From positions 30,884 through 94,883 of the IMG/VR virus record IMGVR_UViG_3300037261_000012: a stretch of DNA of 64,000 nt. One strand, given 5' to 3'. Shown piece by piece: positions 8,535-17,475 of the stretch. The position numbers and the translations under genes are program-made. The stretch comes from a virus. The notes beneath the pieces are model-generated. The model made no database searches and was not told the origin of the DNA. It worked only from the letters and a program-made list of their open reading frames with translations. The stretch's first letter is position 1; each line of letters begins with the position of its first letter.

Positions 8535-8753
8535 ATGGAAACCAGCAAAACCCTGAGCGCCCAAGTAGTTCTTCGTGGCAACAGCCTGTACACTATCGTC
8601 ACGATGCCCAGCACAAGCAACCTCGACAAGTCCTACCGCGTGGATGTAACTAATGGTCGTTGCGACTGCCCGGCCTGGAAATTCTCGAAGGGCCATACCA
8701 AGGTTTGCAAGCACCTGCAAGCACTGGGCTTCAAACAGCGCGTAGCAGCCTAA
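8535..8753 (+). CDS. SWIM zinc-finger protein, paralogue of 4307
   Basis: YRVD..CDCPAW..SK...CKHL..LG. Confidence 0.85.
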   Translation: METSKTLSAQVVLRGNSLYTIVTMPSTSNLDKSYRVDVTNGRCDCPAWKFSKGHTKVCKHLQALGFKQRVAA

Positions 8754-8806
8754 GCCTGAGCCGGTGGGCGTCACCGACTTGACAGGGTGGAACAGACACC
8801 CTTAGG

Positions 8807-9340
8807 ATGGGAATGAGCACTAACAGAATATTGCGGGCCGCTACCTTTGCCGTGCAAGCACACGGAATCCAGGTACGTAAGTATACTGGTGAGCCGTATG
8901 TGCGGCATGTGTTCGAAGTAGCTGAAATAGTGGCTAGTGTAACTACCGATGAGGACACGATCATTGCCGCCATGCTGCATGACGTGCTGGAAGACACCAG
9001 TATGGAGCCATCGGATATATCATTGCGGTTCGGATTTATAGTACTTGATCTGGTGATGCAATTAACTGATTCCAAAGTAGAACCTGGGATCAATCGCGCT
9101 GCCAGGAAAGCCAATGATTGCTCTCGTTTGTCATTATCTAGTCCAGCAGCGGCTACGATCAAACTGGCCGACTTGATGAACAACACAGAAAGCATCGTCA
9201 AGTATGCTCCTAACTTTGCCAAGGTGTATTTGGCAGAGAAGATGCTGGCACTCACGGTGTTGAGTCATGGCCATGCTGGGCTGTATCATCTTGCCAAAGA
9301 ACAGGTCTTCAGTGCATTGGAAAAGCTGGGACCAAAGTGA
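8807..9340 (+). CDS. HD-domain protein, SpoT/Mesh1-like small alarmone hydrolase
   Basis: H..Q.RKY.GEPY..H, LHDVLEDT, IKLAD...N. Confidence 0.85.
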   Translation: MGMSTNRILRAATFAVQAHGIQVRKYTGEPYVRHVFEVAEIVASVTTDEDTIIAAMLHDVLEDTSMEPSDISLRFGFIVLDLVMQLTDSKVEPGINRAARKANDCSRLSLSSPAAATIKLADLMNNTESIVKYAPNFAKVYLAEKMLALTVLSHGHAGLYHLAKEQVFSALEKLGPK

Positions 9341-9491
9341 GTTGGTTACTTCACATGAAAATCCTTAATCTGCCTCTTAGCGCCGGGCAGGTACTATACA
9401 ATTCAGACACGCTTGTTGTGGCTATGGTGTGGCAAGCCTGGGTGATTATTGCCATTGTGTTGGTGTGGGTTGTTATTATGTTGAGAACGAA

Positions 9492-9734
9492 ATGAGTGGT
9501 GGTAGTTTTGATTATGCTTATCTGAAGACCAAGACTTTCGCAGATGAACTGGAAGCCAAGCTCCATATGACGGAGTATGAGTTCAGTGATGAAGTTCGGG
9601 CCAAGCTAAACTTAATATTGGATCAAACCAAAAAGACAGCTTTTATGATGAGGGAAGTAGAGTGGCTGTTCTCCGGCGACACAGGGGAAGACAGCTTCCT
9701 TGAAAGAATTGCAGAATACAAGAGGAAAGCATGA
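9492..9734 (+). CDS. hypothetical phage protein (MSGGSFDY... type)
   Basis: Typical MSGGS.DY start and EWL.SGD.GE.SF tail. Confidence 0.75.
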   Translation: MSGGSFDYAYLKTKTFADELEAKLHMTEYEFSDEVRAKLNLILDQTKKTAFMMREVEWLFSGDTGEDSFLERIAEYKRKA

Positions 9735-9894
9735 ATCTTGAAAACAAAGATTGCATATGCAAGGGTATAAGGTTCAAAACCTGTCCTGCATGTGGATTAC
9801 CACAGAACAGTTTCCATGATTTTCGTGACTACACCCCTCCGGTAACCGATGACCACTGGGTACATGGGAAAGAACAACCAGCTTGGAGTGGGAG

Positions 9895-10056
9895 ATGACA
9901 ACGGTAACCTGGGATAAACCTATGTTGGAGAAATTCAAGAAGGTGTATGCCAAGGCTGTCAGGAGCGAAGCACAGGAGTTTTCTTTCCAAGGGCAAACAT
10001 ATTTAGTAGCCTATGCTAAGTATATGATTGAGTATTTGGAGGTAAGACTAAGATGA
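9895..10056 (+). CDS. small phage protein (53 aa, ...F.FQG..YLVAYAKYMIEYLE)
   Basis: GGAGTG RBS; below the ORF-track length cutoff. Confidence 0.7.
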   Translation: MTTVTWDKPMLEKFKKVYAKAVRSEAQEFSFQGQTYLVAYAKYMIEYLEVRLR

Positions 10057-10091
10057 GTAGGAAAGAGGATTTAGGTCATCAATTTGATGAC

Positions 10092-10302
10092 ATGAAGTAT
10101 GGGTGGTTAAAAAGAACTCAAGGTGGGTGATATAGTCACTCGTAACATGGGTGGTGTTAAGATGCAATTGAAAGTTACTGGTATAGTTGGCCGAAGGATA
10201 ATTTGTGGGCCTTGGGAATTCAGTAGTAGAAATGGAGCCGAGCTTGATGACATGCTTGGCTGGGATGAACAACAAACAGGTTCTATGTTGATAGATAAAT
10301 GA
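10092..10302 (+). pseudogene. small gene with an apparent frameshift in an A5 run
   Basis: MKYGWLK joins ELKVGDIVTRNMGG...LGWDE if one A is removed near 10110. Confidence 0.5.
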
Positions 10303-10303
10303 C

Positions 10304-10332
10304 TTGACAGATCGGCCTGATTGTGGGAAACT
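10304..10332 (+). promoter_or_regulatory. early promoter repeat, copy 7
   Basis: TTGACA-17-GAAACT; palindrome at 10347. Confidence 0.85.
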
Positions 10333-10426
10333 CGGTTCTGATAGGCTGCAATCAATTGCAGAAATGTACTAAAGGAGAAGGCGGCCCTCCTAAATGGGTC
10401 GTCAAACAAGCAAGGAGTGTATCACC

Positions 10427-10528
10427 ATGGCAAAGTCCGTTAGCAAGAGCAAGAAAACTACCGTCAAGAAAGCTGTAAAGCGCACGACTATCAAAGCCGC
10501 GCCCCGCAAGGTCGCTCAACGCCAGTAA
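10427..10528 (+). CDS. 33-aa histone-H1/Hc1-like basic peptide
   Basis: MAKSVSKSKKTTVKKAVKRTTIKAAPRKVAQRQ; CAAGGAGTG RBS, own promoter, downstream hairpin. Confidence 0.75.
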   Translation: MAKSVSKSKKTTVKKAVKRTTIKAAPRKVAQRQ

Positions 10529-10605
10529 CCTGGCCTGCCATCAACATGGCAAACGGGTGGCCGGAGTACCGTCGCCCGTCCTTTCTATAAGATCATGGAG
10601 GAATT

Positions 10606-11574
10606 GTGCGAGCATCAGCAATGAGGTTACATGGTGGGGTAACAGAGGAGCCATTAGTAACAGGAACCAAGCTGCCATACAAGTTGGGCATTGAACTAAC
10701 AATGCAGTCACCACTTGCTATTTGCAAGAATGTCCAGGATGAAGGTGATCGGGTAATTTATACTAGCTTGAGCAGAATACTCTCAACAGTAGCTGGACTA
10801 AAGAGAATCAAATCCTACGGGATAGACCGAGATGGTGGTTGTGTGGAAGCCAGTTCTCCTATTCTGACAACACATGAAGAAACCGAAAAGTGGTACAAGG
10901 GTATGTCAGGTCTGATGCTCCAATTGGGCATGACACCTCACCATGACAAGATGATCAGTGGTGGAGGCCATCTTCATGTGGGGCCACTGCCGTTAAAGAC
11001 TGCAATCAATTGCATACGGGACATGCAGAACCGCCCGTACCTGCTATGGATATTCAACGAACCTGACAATACACTTGCATCTGACTTATTTACAGGAGAC
11101 CTTGTTTCATTAAAGCCCTCACTGGTTAAAGCTGCTCAAAATGCTACTTTTGACCCAACGGTGTTTGGTGAACCTTCAATGGAAGGTAGGACAGCATTGA
11201 CCTTCTATGGCAACCCGAAGTATGTGAAACATGACTGGCTGCCTGATGATAAGAACCGGATGGCCAGGTGGCTAGGTGGTGGGGGTGGCCGGATGGAATT
11301 ACGCTTGTTCGAAGCCCCTATGAACTGGGAGGAGCAGAAAGCCCACCTAGATTTTACTTGGGCTTACATAAAGTACATCGAGACCACATACAAGACCGAA
11401 CATGCTGTGACCACCGTAAATAGTATGGTTGAGCAGCGGAAGTTCACGCTTGAAATTTGCCGGGCGGAATTCCTGAAGTTTCTTACTATATTGGGCTTGA
11501 AACCAGAGCCATACAAGCGTATGCTGGACGAGAATCTAACCACAAAACTTCAACGTCTGAAAGTGGTGCCATGA
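10606..11574 (+). CDS. putative amidoligase (COOH-NH2 ligase, glutamine synthetase-like fold)
   Basis: GIE, D.G..E..SP, GG.HLHVG and ELR motifs. Confidence 0.75.
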   Translation: MRASAMRLHGGVTEEPLVTGTKLPYKLGIELTMQSPLAICKNVQDEGDRVIYTSLSRILSTVAGLKRIKSYGIDRDGGCVEASSPILTTHEETEKWYKGMSGLMLQLGMTPHHDKMISGGGHLHVGPLPLKTAINCIRDMQNRPYLLWIFNEPDNTLASDLFTGDLVSLKPSLVKAAQNATFDPTVFGEPSMEGRTALTFYGNPKYVKHDWLPDDKNRMARWLGGGGGRMELRLFEAPMNWEEQKAHLDFTWAYIKYIETTYKTEHAVTTVNSMVEQRKFTLEICRAEFLKFLTILGLKPEPYKRMLDENLTTKLQRLKVVP

Positions 11575-11819
11575 TCCTGGAAGAAGGGAAGAAGCACGTA
11601 GACCGGTTGATCAGCCAGAACAACACCGGTCTTCTTGCCTTGAAGAAGGCTACCAGATCGGGGGATAAGCTGGCCGCCATGGGTCTACGTTTAGCCTCAG
11701 ATAGAGGTAAGTCCTTGGTGGCCTTGCGTAAGATGTTGAATACCATGCCGGAGAAATTCAGCCTCCAGACAGGGGAGTTGATACAAACTCTAGCGGATAA
11801 ATCAAATGCAGCTAACTGA
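11571..11819 (+). CDS. hypothetical protein
   Basis: ATGA overlap. Confidence 0.6.
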   Translation: MILEEGKKHVDRLISQNNTGLLALKKATRSGDKLAAMGLRLASDRGKSLVALRKMLNTMPEKFSLQTGELIQTLADKSNAAN

Positions 11820-12081
11820 GGAAGAACGCAAGAAAGTCCTTTATTGGTTGTTTTCTTTAGAGAACAAACTTGCATTTGACGTTGCAGCAGAAGTTCCTGC
11901 GGAGGTACTGAACGCCATTCTAAAGGCTGGTGATTATCCACGCCCGTATGTCCTGCCATTTAAGGAAGGCATATATGACCGTGCCTTGGCTATGAAACTC
12001 ATACTCCTATGCAGGGAGAAGATTGGTAAAGCTACTGATCCAGTGAGTGCTAAGGTCATACCAATAAGGAAGAAAGCATGA
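11806..12081 (+). CDS. hypothetical protein
   Basis: Coupled ORF. Confidence 0.65.
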   Translation: MQLTEEERKKVLYWLFSLENKLAFDVAAEVPAEVLNAILKAGDYPRPYVLPFKEGIYDRALAMKLILLCREKIGKATDPVSAKVIPIRKKA

Positions 12082-12175
12082 GCCTTGAACAAGCTATCTG
12101 GCTGTTTGCGGCTGGTGATGTTGGTACCAGTAGGTATCTTGCTATTATTGTTCAAGAAATAATCATCTAAAGAGC

Positions 12176-12204
12176 TTGACAGATCGCCAGAATTGGGTTA
12201 AAGT
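12176..12204 (+). promoter_or_regulatory. early promoter repeat, copy 8
   Basis: TTGACA-17-TAAAGT; palindrome variant TGCAATCAAGTGCA at 12207. Confidence 0.85.
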
Positions 12205-12242
12205 CTTGCAATCAAGTGCAATAACAGACAAAGGAGTGTCAA

Positions 12243-12389
12243 ATGTACATCGTTGAATACCTGAGGCTAGGACGTTGGCCCACCATGATGGGCAAGAGAG
12301 TGTTCATCAGTTTGTGGGGCGCAAACAAACGAGCTAAGCGAGCATCCACCTTGTTTCGTGTAGTGACCATGGTGACTAAAATCTCCTAA
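12243..12389 (+). CDS. small hypothetical protein (48 aa)
   Basis: AAGGAGTGTCAAATG. Confidence 0.6.
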   Translation: MYIVEYLRLGRWPTMMGKRVFISLWGANKRAKRASTLFRVVTMVTKIS

Positions 12390-12405
12390 GGTGCGATAAT
12401 GTTGG

Positions 12406-12633
12406 ATGAATACCAAAATCAGATGGTTAGGCACAATCCTGTACTTCATGGGAATGGGCCTTACCAGTTTCAATTTCTACCCTTACAACCTGTTCTTTAT
12501 GACCAGTGGGGCGTTCTTCTGGTGTAGAGCAGGTTGGCAAGTCAATGACCAGCCGTTGGTACTGGTAGAGGGTGTGGCCTTCACAATATATGGAGTAGGT
12601 TTGGCTATGGCCATATACAAATTCGTATTCTAA
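12406..12633 (+). CDS. small membrane protein (about 3 TM helices)
   Basis: Hydrophobic W.GT...G..L / YP.N / W...G pattern. Confidence 0.7.
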   Translation: MNTKIRWLGTILYFMGMGLTSFNFYPYNLFFMTSGAFFWCRAGWQVNDQPLVLVEGVAFTIYGVGLAMAIYKFVF

Positions 12634-12644
12634 GGAGTAGCAGC

Positions 12645-12887
12645 ATGAAAATTCGTAAAACAGTACTGGCTGTGGTTATCTTGTCCAAGGGTGGGGAACA
12701 ACTGGAGTTTGATGACTTGGAAGAACTTGGCAGGATGATCAACGATGGGGAGGCTAGTGGGGAGCTTATTGGCAAGCACACGGAAGCCGACTCAGTGGTA
12801 ATAGAGAAGATCGAGCGCATCCAGCAAGAACTCACCAAGATCGGGGATGATGGCACGTTCTTTGGAGACCTTGACCTAGATGACTGA
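12645..12887 (+). CDS. hypothetical protein
   Basis: AAGGAG RBS. Confidence 0.75.
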   Translation: MKIRKTVLAVVILSKGGEQLEFDDLEELGRMINDGEASGELIGKHTEADSVVIEKIERIQQELTKIGDDGTFFGDLDLDD

Positions 12888-13161
12888 GCAAATTGATTGG
12901 GGCAGCTTGCCTATGGTGATTGAAGTCACCTTACCAGGAATGTACTCCAATGAGAACCTTGCAGGCTGGTCGGCCTTGGCTATGAAACTTGAGAAAGAGG
13001 GCATACCCTGCGGGGTGGAGATGAGCACCCAGCCGTTGGTCATGGTGTTTTCTGAAAACCCCAAGGAGTACGCCACGGGAGTTGCTGTTTTCAAAGGGCA
13101 CTTGACCAAGACGTACAACATAAAGGCCGACAACACGACATTCACCTGGAGCAACAAGTGA
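12880..13161 (+). CDS. hypothetical protein
   Basis: Overlapping start. Confidence 0.65.
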   Translation: MTEQIDWGSLPMVIEVTLPGMYSNENLAGWSALAMKLEKEGIPCGVEMSTQPLVMVFSENPKEYATGVAVFKGHLTKTYNIKADNTTFTWSNK

Positions 13162-13472
13162 AAATATACCAGTTTGGATTTAATAATAGTGTGGGTAAGG
13201 TTCCTCCAGGGCTACCTACTTTGGATTGTAGAGTTATTCCAAACCCACACCACCTGCGGGATGCTGTTGCCAAACGCCTGGCAGTTAGGTCTAGCCCGTT
13301 CTTTACTCCTTTGGTAATGCAGGGGGTGGAAATGCTTGCCGCCAACAGTAAGATTGCTGTAGGATGTGCATATGGGCATGATCGTAGTGGGCAGGTGGCT
13401 CAGGCTATAATGATGGCCATGGCAGAAAAAGGAATTTACGTACAGATAGAGAAACTTTCAAAAGGAGCGTGA
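13158..13472 (+). CDS. stand-alone RapZ/YvcJ C-terminal-like domain
   Basis: FGF...DCR.IPNP...IAVGC..G.DRS matches the RapZ C-terminal pattern. Confidence 0.7.
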   Translation: MKIYQFGFNNSVGKVPPGLPTLDCRVIPNPHHLRDAVAKRLAVRSSPFFTPLVMQGVEMLAANSKIAVGCAYGHDRSGQVAQAIMMAMAEKGIYVQIEKLSKGA

Positions 13473-13475
13473 AGC

Positions 13476-13892
13476 ATGGTGGAGCCTTTATCATCAGCAC
13501 TCTTATGTATTTCTCTCAATGTTTATTTTGAGGCCAGGAATCAACCTGAGGAAGGCCAACTAGCAGTAGCTTACGTGACGTTGAATCGTTCTAAGAAGTC
13601 AGGAAAGTCAGTGTGTAATACTGTGGTAGAACCAAAGCAATTTAGCTGGGCAACAGGCCGTTTTTTGAAGGATAATGGCTTCTGGTTGCGCGCAGACTCT
13701 TTTCCAGTAGAATTAGATGCTTGGATAAAAGCCAGGAGAATCGCTAGGATGGCCATGGCAAGGCTATCGCCAGACCCTACCCACGGGGCTACCCACTACC
13801 ATGAACGACGGCTACATCCAGTTTGGGCGACCCGAATGCAGAAGGTAGTCATCATCGCCCAGCATGTATTCTACAAACCAAGGAGCGCCTGA
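13476..13892 (+). CDS. SleB/CwlJ-family cell wall hydrolase
   Basis: C...NVYFEAR.Q...GQ.AVA.V.LNR, QFSW, GATHYH, P.W, H.FY. Confidence 0.9.
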   Translation: MVEPLSSALLCISLNVYFEARNQPEEGQLAVAYVTLNRSKKSGKSVCNTVVEPKQFSWATGRFLKDNGFWLRADSFPVELDAWIKARRIARMAMARLSPDPTHGATHYHERRLHPVWATRMQKVVIIAQHVFYKPRSA

Positions 13893-14131
13893 TGCCGCGT
13901 GAGATGTACAATCCAGAACTTGAGGAGTTCGTACAGGAGTACCCAGACTATGAGAAGGGTCTGCACGCTGATAATAGTACACGGCATACAACAGATAAAG
14001 CTCGATGTGAGCATATTACCTGTATATGGTGTTTCCCAAAGAGACTCATAAAGTGGTACTTGAAAGGTAGAATAGCACCATCTAAAATGAGGCATGTGCA
14101 GCCAAATCGTAATGCTGGACGACCTGCGTGA
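13892..14131 (+). CDS. hypothetical protein
   Basis: AAGGAG RBS. Confidence 0.55.
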   Translation: MPREMYNPELEEFVQEYPDYEKGLHADNSTRHTTDKARCEHITCIWCFPKRLIKWYLKGRIAPSKMRHVQPNRNAGRPA

Positions 14132-14315
14132 TTGGAAGGCCCGCAAGAAGTATGAATTAGAGTACTATAATAAAGAGCTAAATGCTCTCCTGATAAAGAT
14201 GGGATACTTGAAAGCTGAGATTAATCTAACCACAAGAATAATTCAAATGGTGGAGCAAGACAAGATAACTTGTATTAGACGACAACTGCAATCAATTGCA
14301 GTAGAGGCAAGCTAG
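14094..14315 (+). CDS. coiled-coil hypothetical protein
   Basis: RK..ELEYY...L..L..K...L..EI.LT..II pattern. Confidence 0.7.
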   Translation: MCSQIVMLDDLRDWKARKKYELEYYNKELNALLIKMGYLKAEINLTTRIIQMVEQDKITCIRRQLQSIAVEAS

Positions 14316-14357
14316 TGTTAATATCAAGCTTCATTCATAAATTCTCTGGAAACCCAC

Positions 14358-14921
14358 ATGCATTATTTCGATGGCCGTACAGGCAAAACACTCAAATTTG
14401 ATGATACAGTGCAGAAAGGAGGCCCAGGGAGTGGTGTGTATGAGCGTTCTCATGGGGCACGCGCTAACGCAGCAAAAGATTATCATGAGTGGAGAGGTCC
14501 ATCTGGTGCTAAAGATACTCCAGAGAACAGAAAAGACTTTTTAGCTCAATCACATGCCCAAGGACAGCACAAAGGAGTTTCCGCTGAACAATTAGGGCAT
14601 ACTCGCGCTTGGAGTGGAGAAGGGGCAAGCTCCCACGCCGATGCTGTAGCAAGCGCAACTGGGGGCAAAAAGGTCTCTGATGGAGACACACATTATGTGG
14701 AGTCTAGTCATTCGAATAGAGCCTCTGCTAATGCTGCTGGTGAGAAAGCAAAAGCTGAGCTAGCTAATAGTGGATACAAGGAGGGGAAAAGCTATAAGAT
14801 TAGTGATGGTGGAATGCATGTAACGGAATTCACTCACCCTAATGGCCATACAGCAGAAGTGGCAGTGTCTTCTGGAGGGGGTGGGCGTCATAGTGTAAAC
14901 ACTGTTGTAAAGAATAAATAA
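14358..14921 (+). CDS. candidate head-internal protein with QK-GGPGSGVYERS motif
   Basis: 13-aa motif shared with 15267; Gly/His/Ser-rich. Confidence 0.65.
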   Translation: MHYFDGRTGKTLKFDDTVQKGGPGSGVYERSHGARANAAKDYHEWRGPSGAKDTPENRKDFLAQSHAQGQHKGVSAEQLGHTRAWSGEGASSHADAVASATGGKKVSDGDTHYVESSHSNRASANAAGEKAKAELANSGYKEGKSYKISDGGMHVTEFTHPNGHTAEVAVSSGGGGRHSVNTVVKNK

Positions 14922-15256
14922 TGTTGGAAGATGGTAAACTGTTGTCAAAGCGTAAGCGCCGGGCAACGCAGTCAACACCTATGGATATAGGAAGAATAAA
15001 CGATGAGCTTGCCTCCACTACCAAGACTGACATTAGGAACGTACTTGGTAAGTACAGTGTTCCTCATAGTCATGGTGATCATATTGCTTACCATGGTACT
15101 GAGACTGCTCTTGTTGGGCGTGTGGGTAGGGTTTACGACCCTTATGGGGAACACAAGACTAGCCCTAACGTGCCTGTTCATTTCTATCCTAGCTCTAACC
15201 ATATGTTTAGCCGGAGAGAAATTCTTCCAGTAGCACACCTCAGAAAATTAGTCTAA
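14921..15256 (+). CDS. hypothetical protein
   Basis: Coupled ORF between the two motif-bearing genes. Confidence 0.6.
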   Translation: MLEDGKLLSKRKRRATQSTPMDIGRINDELASTTKTDIRNVLGKYSVPHSHGDHIAYHGTETALVGRVGRVYDPYGEHKTSPNVPVHFYPSSNHMFSRREILPVAHLRKLV

Positions 15257-15266
15257 AGGAGCGATC

Positions 15267-15701
15267 ATGATTGAAACTGGTATATTGATTAGCAAACGTG
15301 AATTTGCCTTGGCCCAGAAGGGTGGCCCTGGGTCGGGGGTATATGAGCGTAGTGGAACCAAGTCCTTGTCAGGTTTAGGAACCGCCAAGGATATTATTGA
15401 CAAGCATGGTAAAACAGGGGATGTTAAGGCATCACAAGGAACTGCTAATACTGAGAAACAAGCAGCCAAATTTAGTGGTTCTTTCCCTAAAGATAAATTT
15501 GATGCGGTGCATAAAGACTTTATGGCTGCTGGGTACTCGCATGTTCGTAGTGATCCTAAGTACTCTGCGGTGGACTACCATACGTATACAAAGGATCATG
15601 GGGATCACACCTCTAGTGTAATGTTATCTGATCTTCAGAATGGTCGCATGGGAGTTAGAGCCAATGCTTCTAATATTAGCCAGCGTATGGCGAAGGTTTG
15701 A
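15267..15701 (+). CDS. candidate head-internal protein with QK-GGPGSGVYERS motif
   Basis: AAGGAG RBS; motif shared with 14358. Confidence 0.65.
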   Translation: MIETGILISKREFALAQKGGPGSGVYERSGTKSLSGLGTAKDIIDKHGKTGDVKASQGTANTEKQAAKFSGSFPKDKFDAVHKDFMAAGYSHVRSDPKYSAVDYHTYTKDHGDHTSSVMLSDLQNGRMGVRANASNISQRMAKV

Positions 15702-15704
15702 AAT

Positions 15705-15750
15705 AAATAGTTCGGGTGGTCTTGACAGACTGCCCGAATTGCGGTAAAGT
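15705..15750 (+). promoter_or_regulatory. early promoter repeat, copy 9
   Basis: AAATAG...TTGACA(15722)-17-TAAAGT. Confidence 0.85.
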
Positions 15751-15775
15751 CCAGTATCAGTCCAAGGAGTGGAAC

Positions 15776-16717
15776 ATGTTCAGTCCGACCCTAGCAATAA
15801 CAGCAAAGAATGAGGATGTACTTTATCCTTGTATTGCCAGCCCAAAGTTAGATGGTTTGCGCGGGTTAATTCATATTGAAGGGCTTCGCAGTAGGAGCAT
15901 GAAGCCCTTCACCAACGTAGCTACTGTTGACACCTTCAGCATTCCTGAGTTCCTGGGGTTTGATGGGGAACTGGTGGTGGGCAGCCCTACAGCCAAGGAT
16001 GTATTCATCAAGAGCACTAGTGGCCTCCGCACCACAATCAACAATCCTGGCGCAGTGTTCTACGTGTTTGATCTGCACAGCACGGAAGGCGCTTTCATAG
16101 ATAGGTGGAAAATTCTATCCCAGCGTGTGGAATCCTTGCCAGAACACTTGAAAAGCAGGGTAGTCTTGCTTGAACAGCGTTGGATAGAGAATCTTGAACA
16201 ATTACTGGCTTATGAAGACCAGTGCCTTGAACAAGGGTATGAAGGTCTGATCATTAGGAATCCACAAGCCAAGTACCTGAATGGTAGGTCTGGTCTGGGC
16301 AAGAATTGGGTGATGCTTAAATTAAAGAGATTCACCGATTCAGAAGCCGAACTGGTCGGAATGATCGAGCTAATGGTTAATGACAATGCGGCGCAAACAA
16401 ACGAGCTAGGTAATACCTTCCATTCCAGTCATAAAGAGGGATTGAAACCAGGTGGAATGATGGGGGCGCTGCTGCTGAGAGACCTGACAACTGGAGTAGA
16501 ATTCTCGGTTGGAACAGGGTTTGACCACAAAACTCGTAAAAAGTATTGGTCAGAAAGAGGCTACATACAGTACGATGGTGTGTTCGCTGGCCAGAAAGTG
16601 GTATACTACCAGCATCAGGAAGCCAAGATCATCAAGTACAAGTACTTCGCTATTGGGTATGATAAAGTACCTAGATTTCCAGTATATCTAGGTGAGCGTC
16701 TGCCGGTGGACTTATGA
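15776..16717 (+). CDS. lig: ATP-dependent DNA ligase
   Basis: SPKLDGLR, FDGEL, VFD, EGLIIR, LKLK, VGTGF, PRFP; start set by AAGGAGTG RBS. Confidence 0.95.
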   Translation: MFSPTLAITAKNEDVLYPCIASPKLDGLRGLIHIEGLRSRSMKPFTNVATVDTFSIPEFLGFDGELVVGSPTAKDVFIKSTSGLRTTINNPGAVFYVFDLHSTEGAFIDRWKILSQRVESLPEHLKSRVVLLEQRWIENLEQLLAYEDQCLEQGYEGLIIRNPQAKYLNGRSGLGKNWVMLKLKRFTDSEAELVGMIELMVNDNAAQTNELGNTFHSSHKEGLKPGGMMGALLLRDLTTGVEFSVGTGFDHKTRKKYWSERGYIQYDGVFAGQKVVYYQHQEAKIIKYKYFAIGYDKVPRFPVYLGERLPVDL

Positions 16718-16962
16718 AAATCCAAATTGGTGACAATGGGCCATGGAAGGAAGTGGATGTCATACGGGTGTGGCATGACCTTGAAAACCAAGAAGGTGAG
16801 AGGCTGATGTTGACCTTGGCTGATGACTTCGTGCAGGTAGACAAGTTCGGGCCAGGACACCTGCTTATTATCAGTGGAACAGTACCTACCTGTGATTTCC
16901 TAGACAAGGTAGAAGATGGTAGCTTCGACATTCATGAGGGCATGATCCCTATAAGCGGGTGA
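16714..16962 (+). CDS. hypothetical protein
   Basis: ATGA overlap. Confidence 0.65.
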   Translation: MKIQIGDNGPWKEVDVIRVWHDLENQEGERLMLTLADDFVQVDKFGPGHLLIISGTVPTCDFLDKVEDGSFDIHEGMIPISG

Positions 16963-16977
16963 CTGCAATCAATTGCC

Positions 16978-17403
16978 ATGGCCAAGATAAGCACAAAAGC
17001 AAGGGTAGCTAGGGAGACCAGGTGGTTATATCGCGTGGAGTGGAAGATATTGAATCTCAACCGTGAAGCTGTGAAAGACAGAAAGATTGGTTATCTTAGA
17101 ACTTTAGCGCAAGAGGTGTGGGCTAACGAAGCTCCAGGTGGAAGGACAATGCCCACAATTTTGGCAAGTAAAGGCATTAAATATTCTAGGGGGTGGTACA
17201 GTTACTGTGAGGGCTTCACCAAGATTGTGCTATCAAGACGCCAGAGAAGTATCATGGTGTTGTTGCATGAGCTTACTCATGCTTTAGGGCCGTGCATACA
17301 TGGAAAGAGATTTGTTACCCTGTATTTCTATTTACTGCATAAATATGCAGGATATAATCGTTTTTTCTTGCAGCACTTGCAGGAGAATAGCCCAGCAAAA
17401 TAG
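16978..17403 (+). CDS. SprT-like zinc metallopeptidase
   Basis: LLHELTH...HG..F. Confidence 0.7.
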   Translation: MAKISTKARVARETRWLYRVEWKILNLNREAVKDRKIGYLRTLAQEVWANEAPGGRTMPTILASKGIKYSRGWYSYCEGFTKIVLSRRQRSIMVLLHELTHALGPCIHGKRFVTLYFYLLHKYAGYNRFFLQHLQENSPAK

Positions 17404-17444
17404 TTTCGAAAGTGCTTGACAGACTCTCGGAATTGTGGGAAAAT
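17398..17444 (+). promoter_or_regulatory. early promoter repeat, copy 10
   Basis: AAATAG...TTGACA(17416)-17-GAAAAT. Confidence 0.85.
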
Positions 17445-17475
17445 CCAGTATTGATAGTCCAATGGAGTGGAAAGC

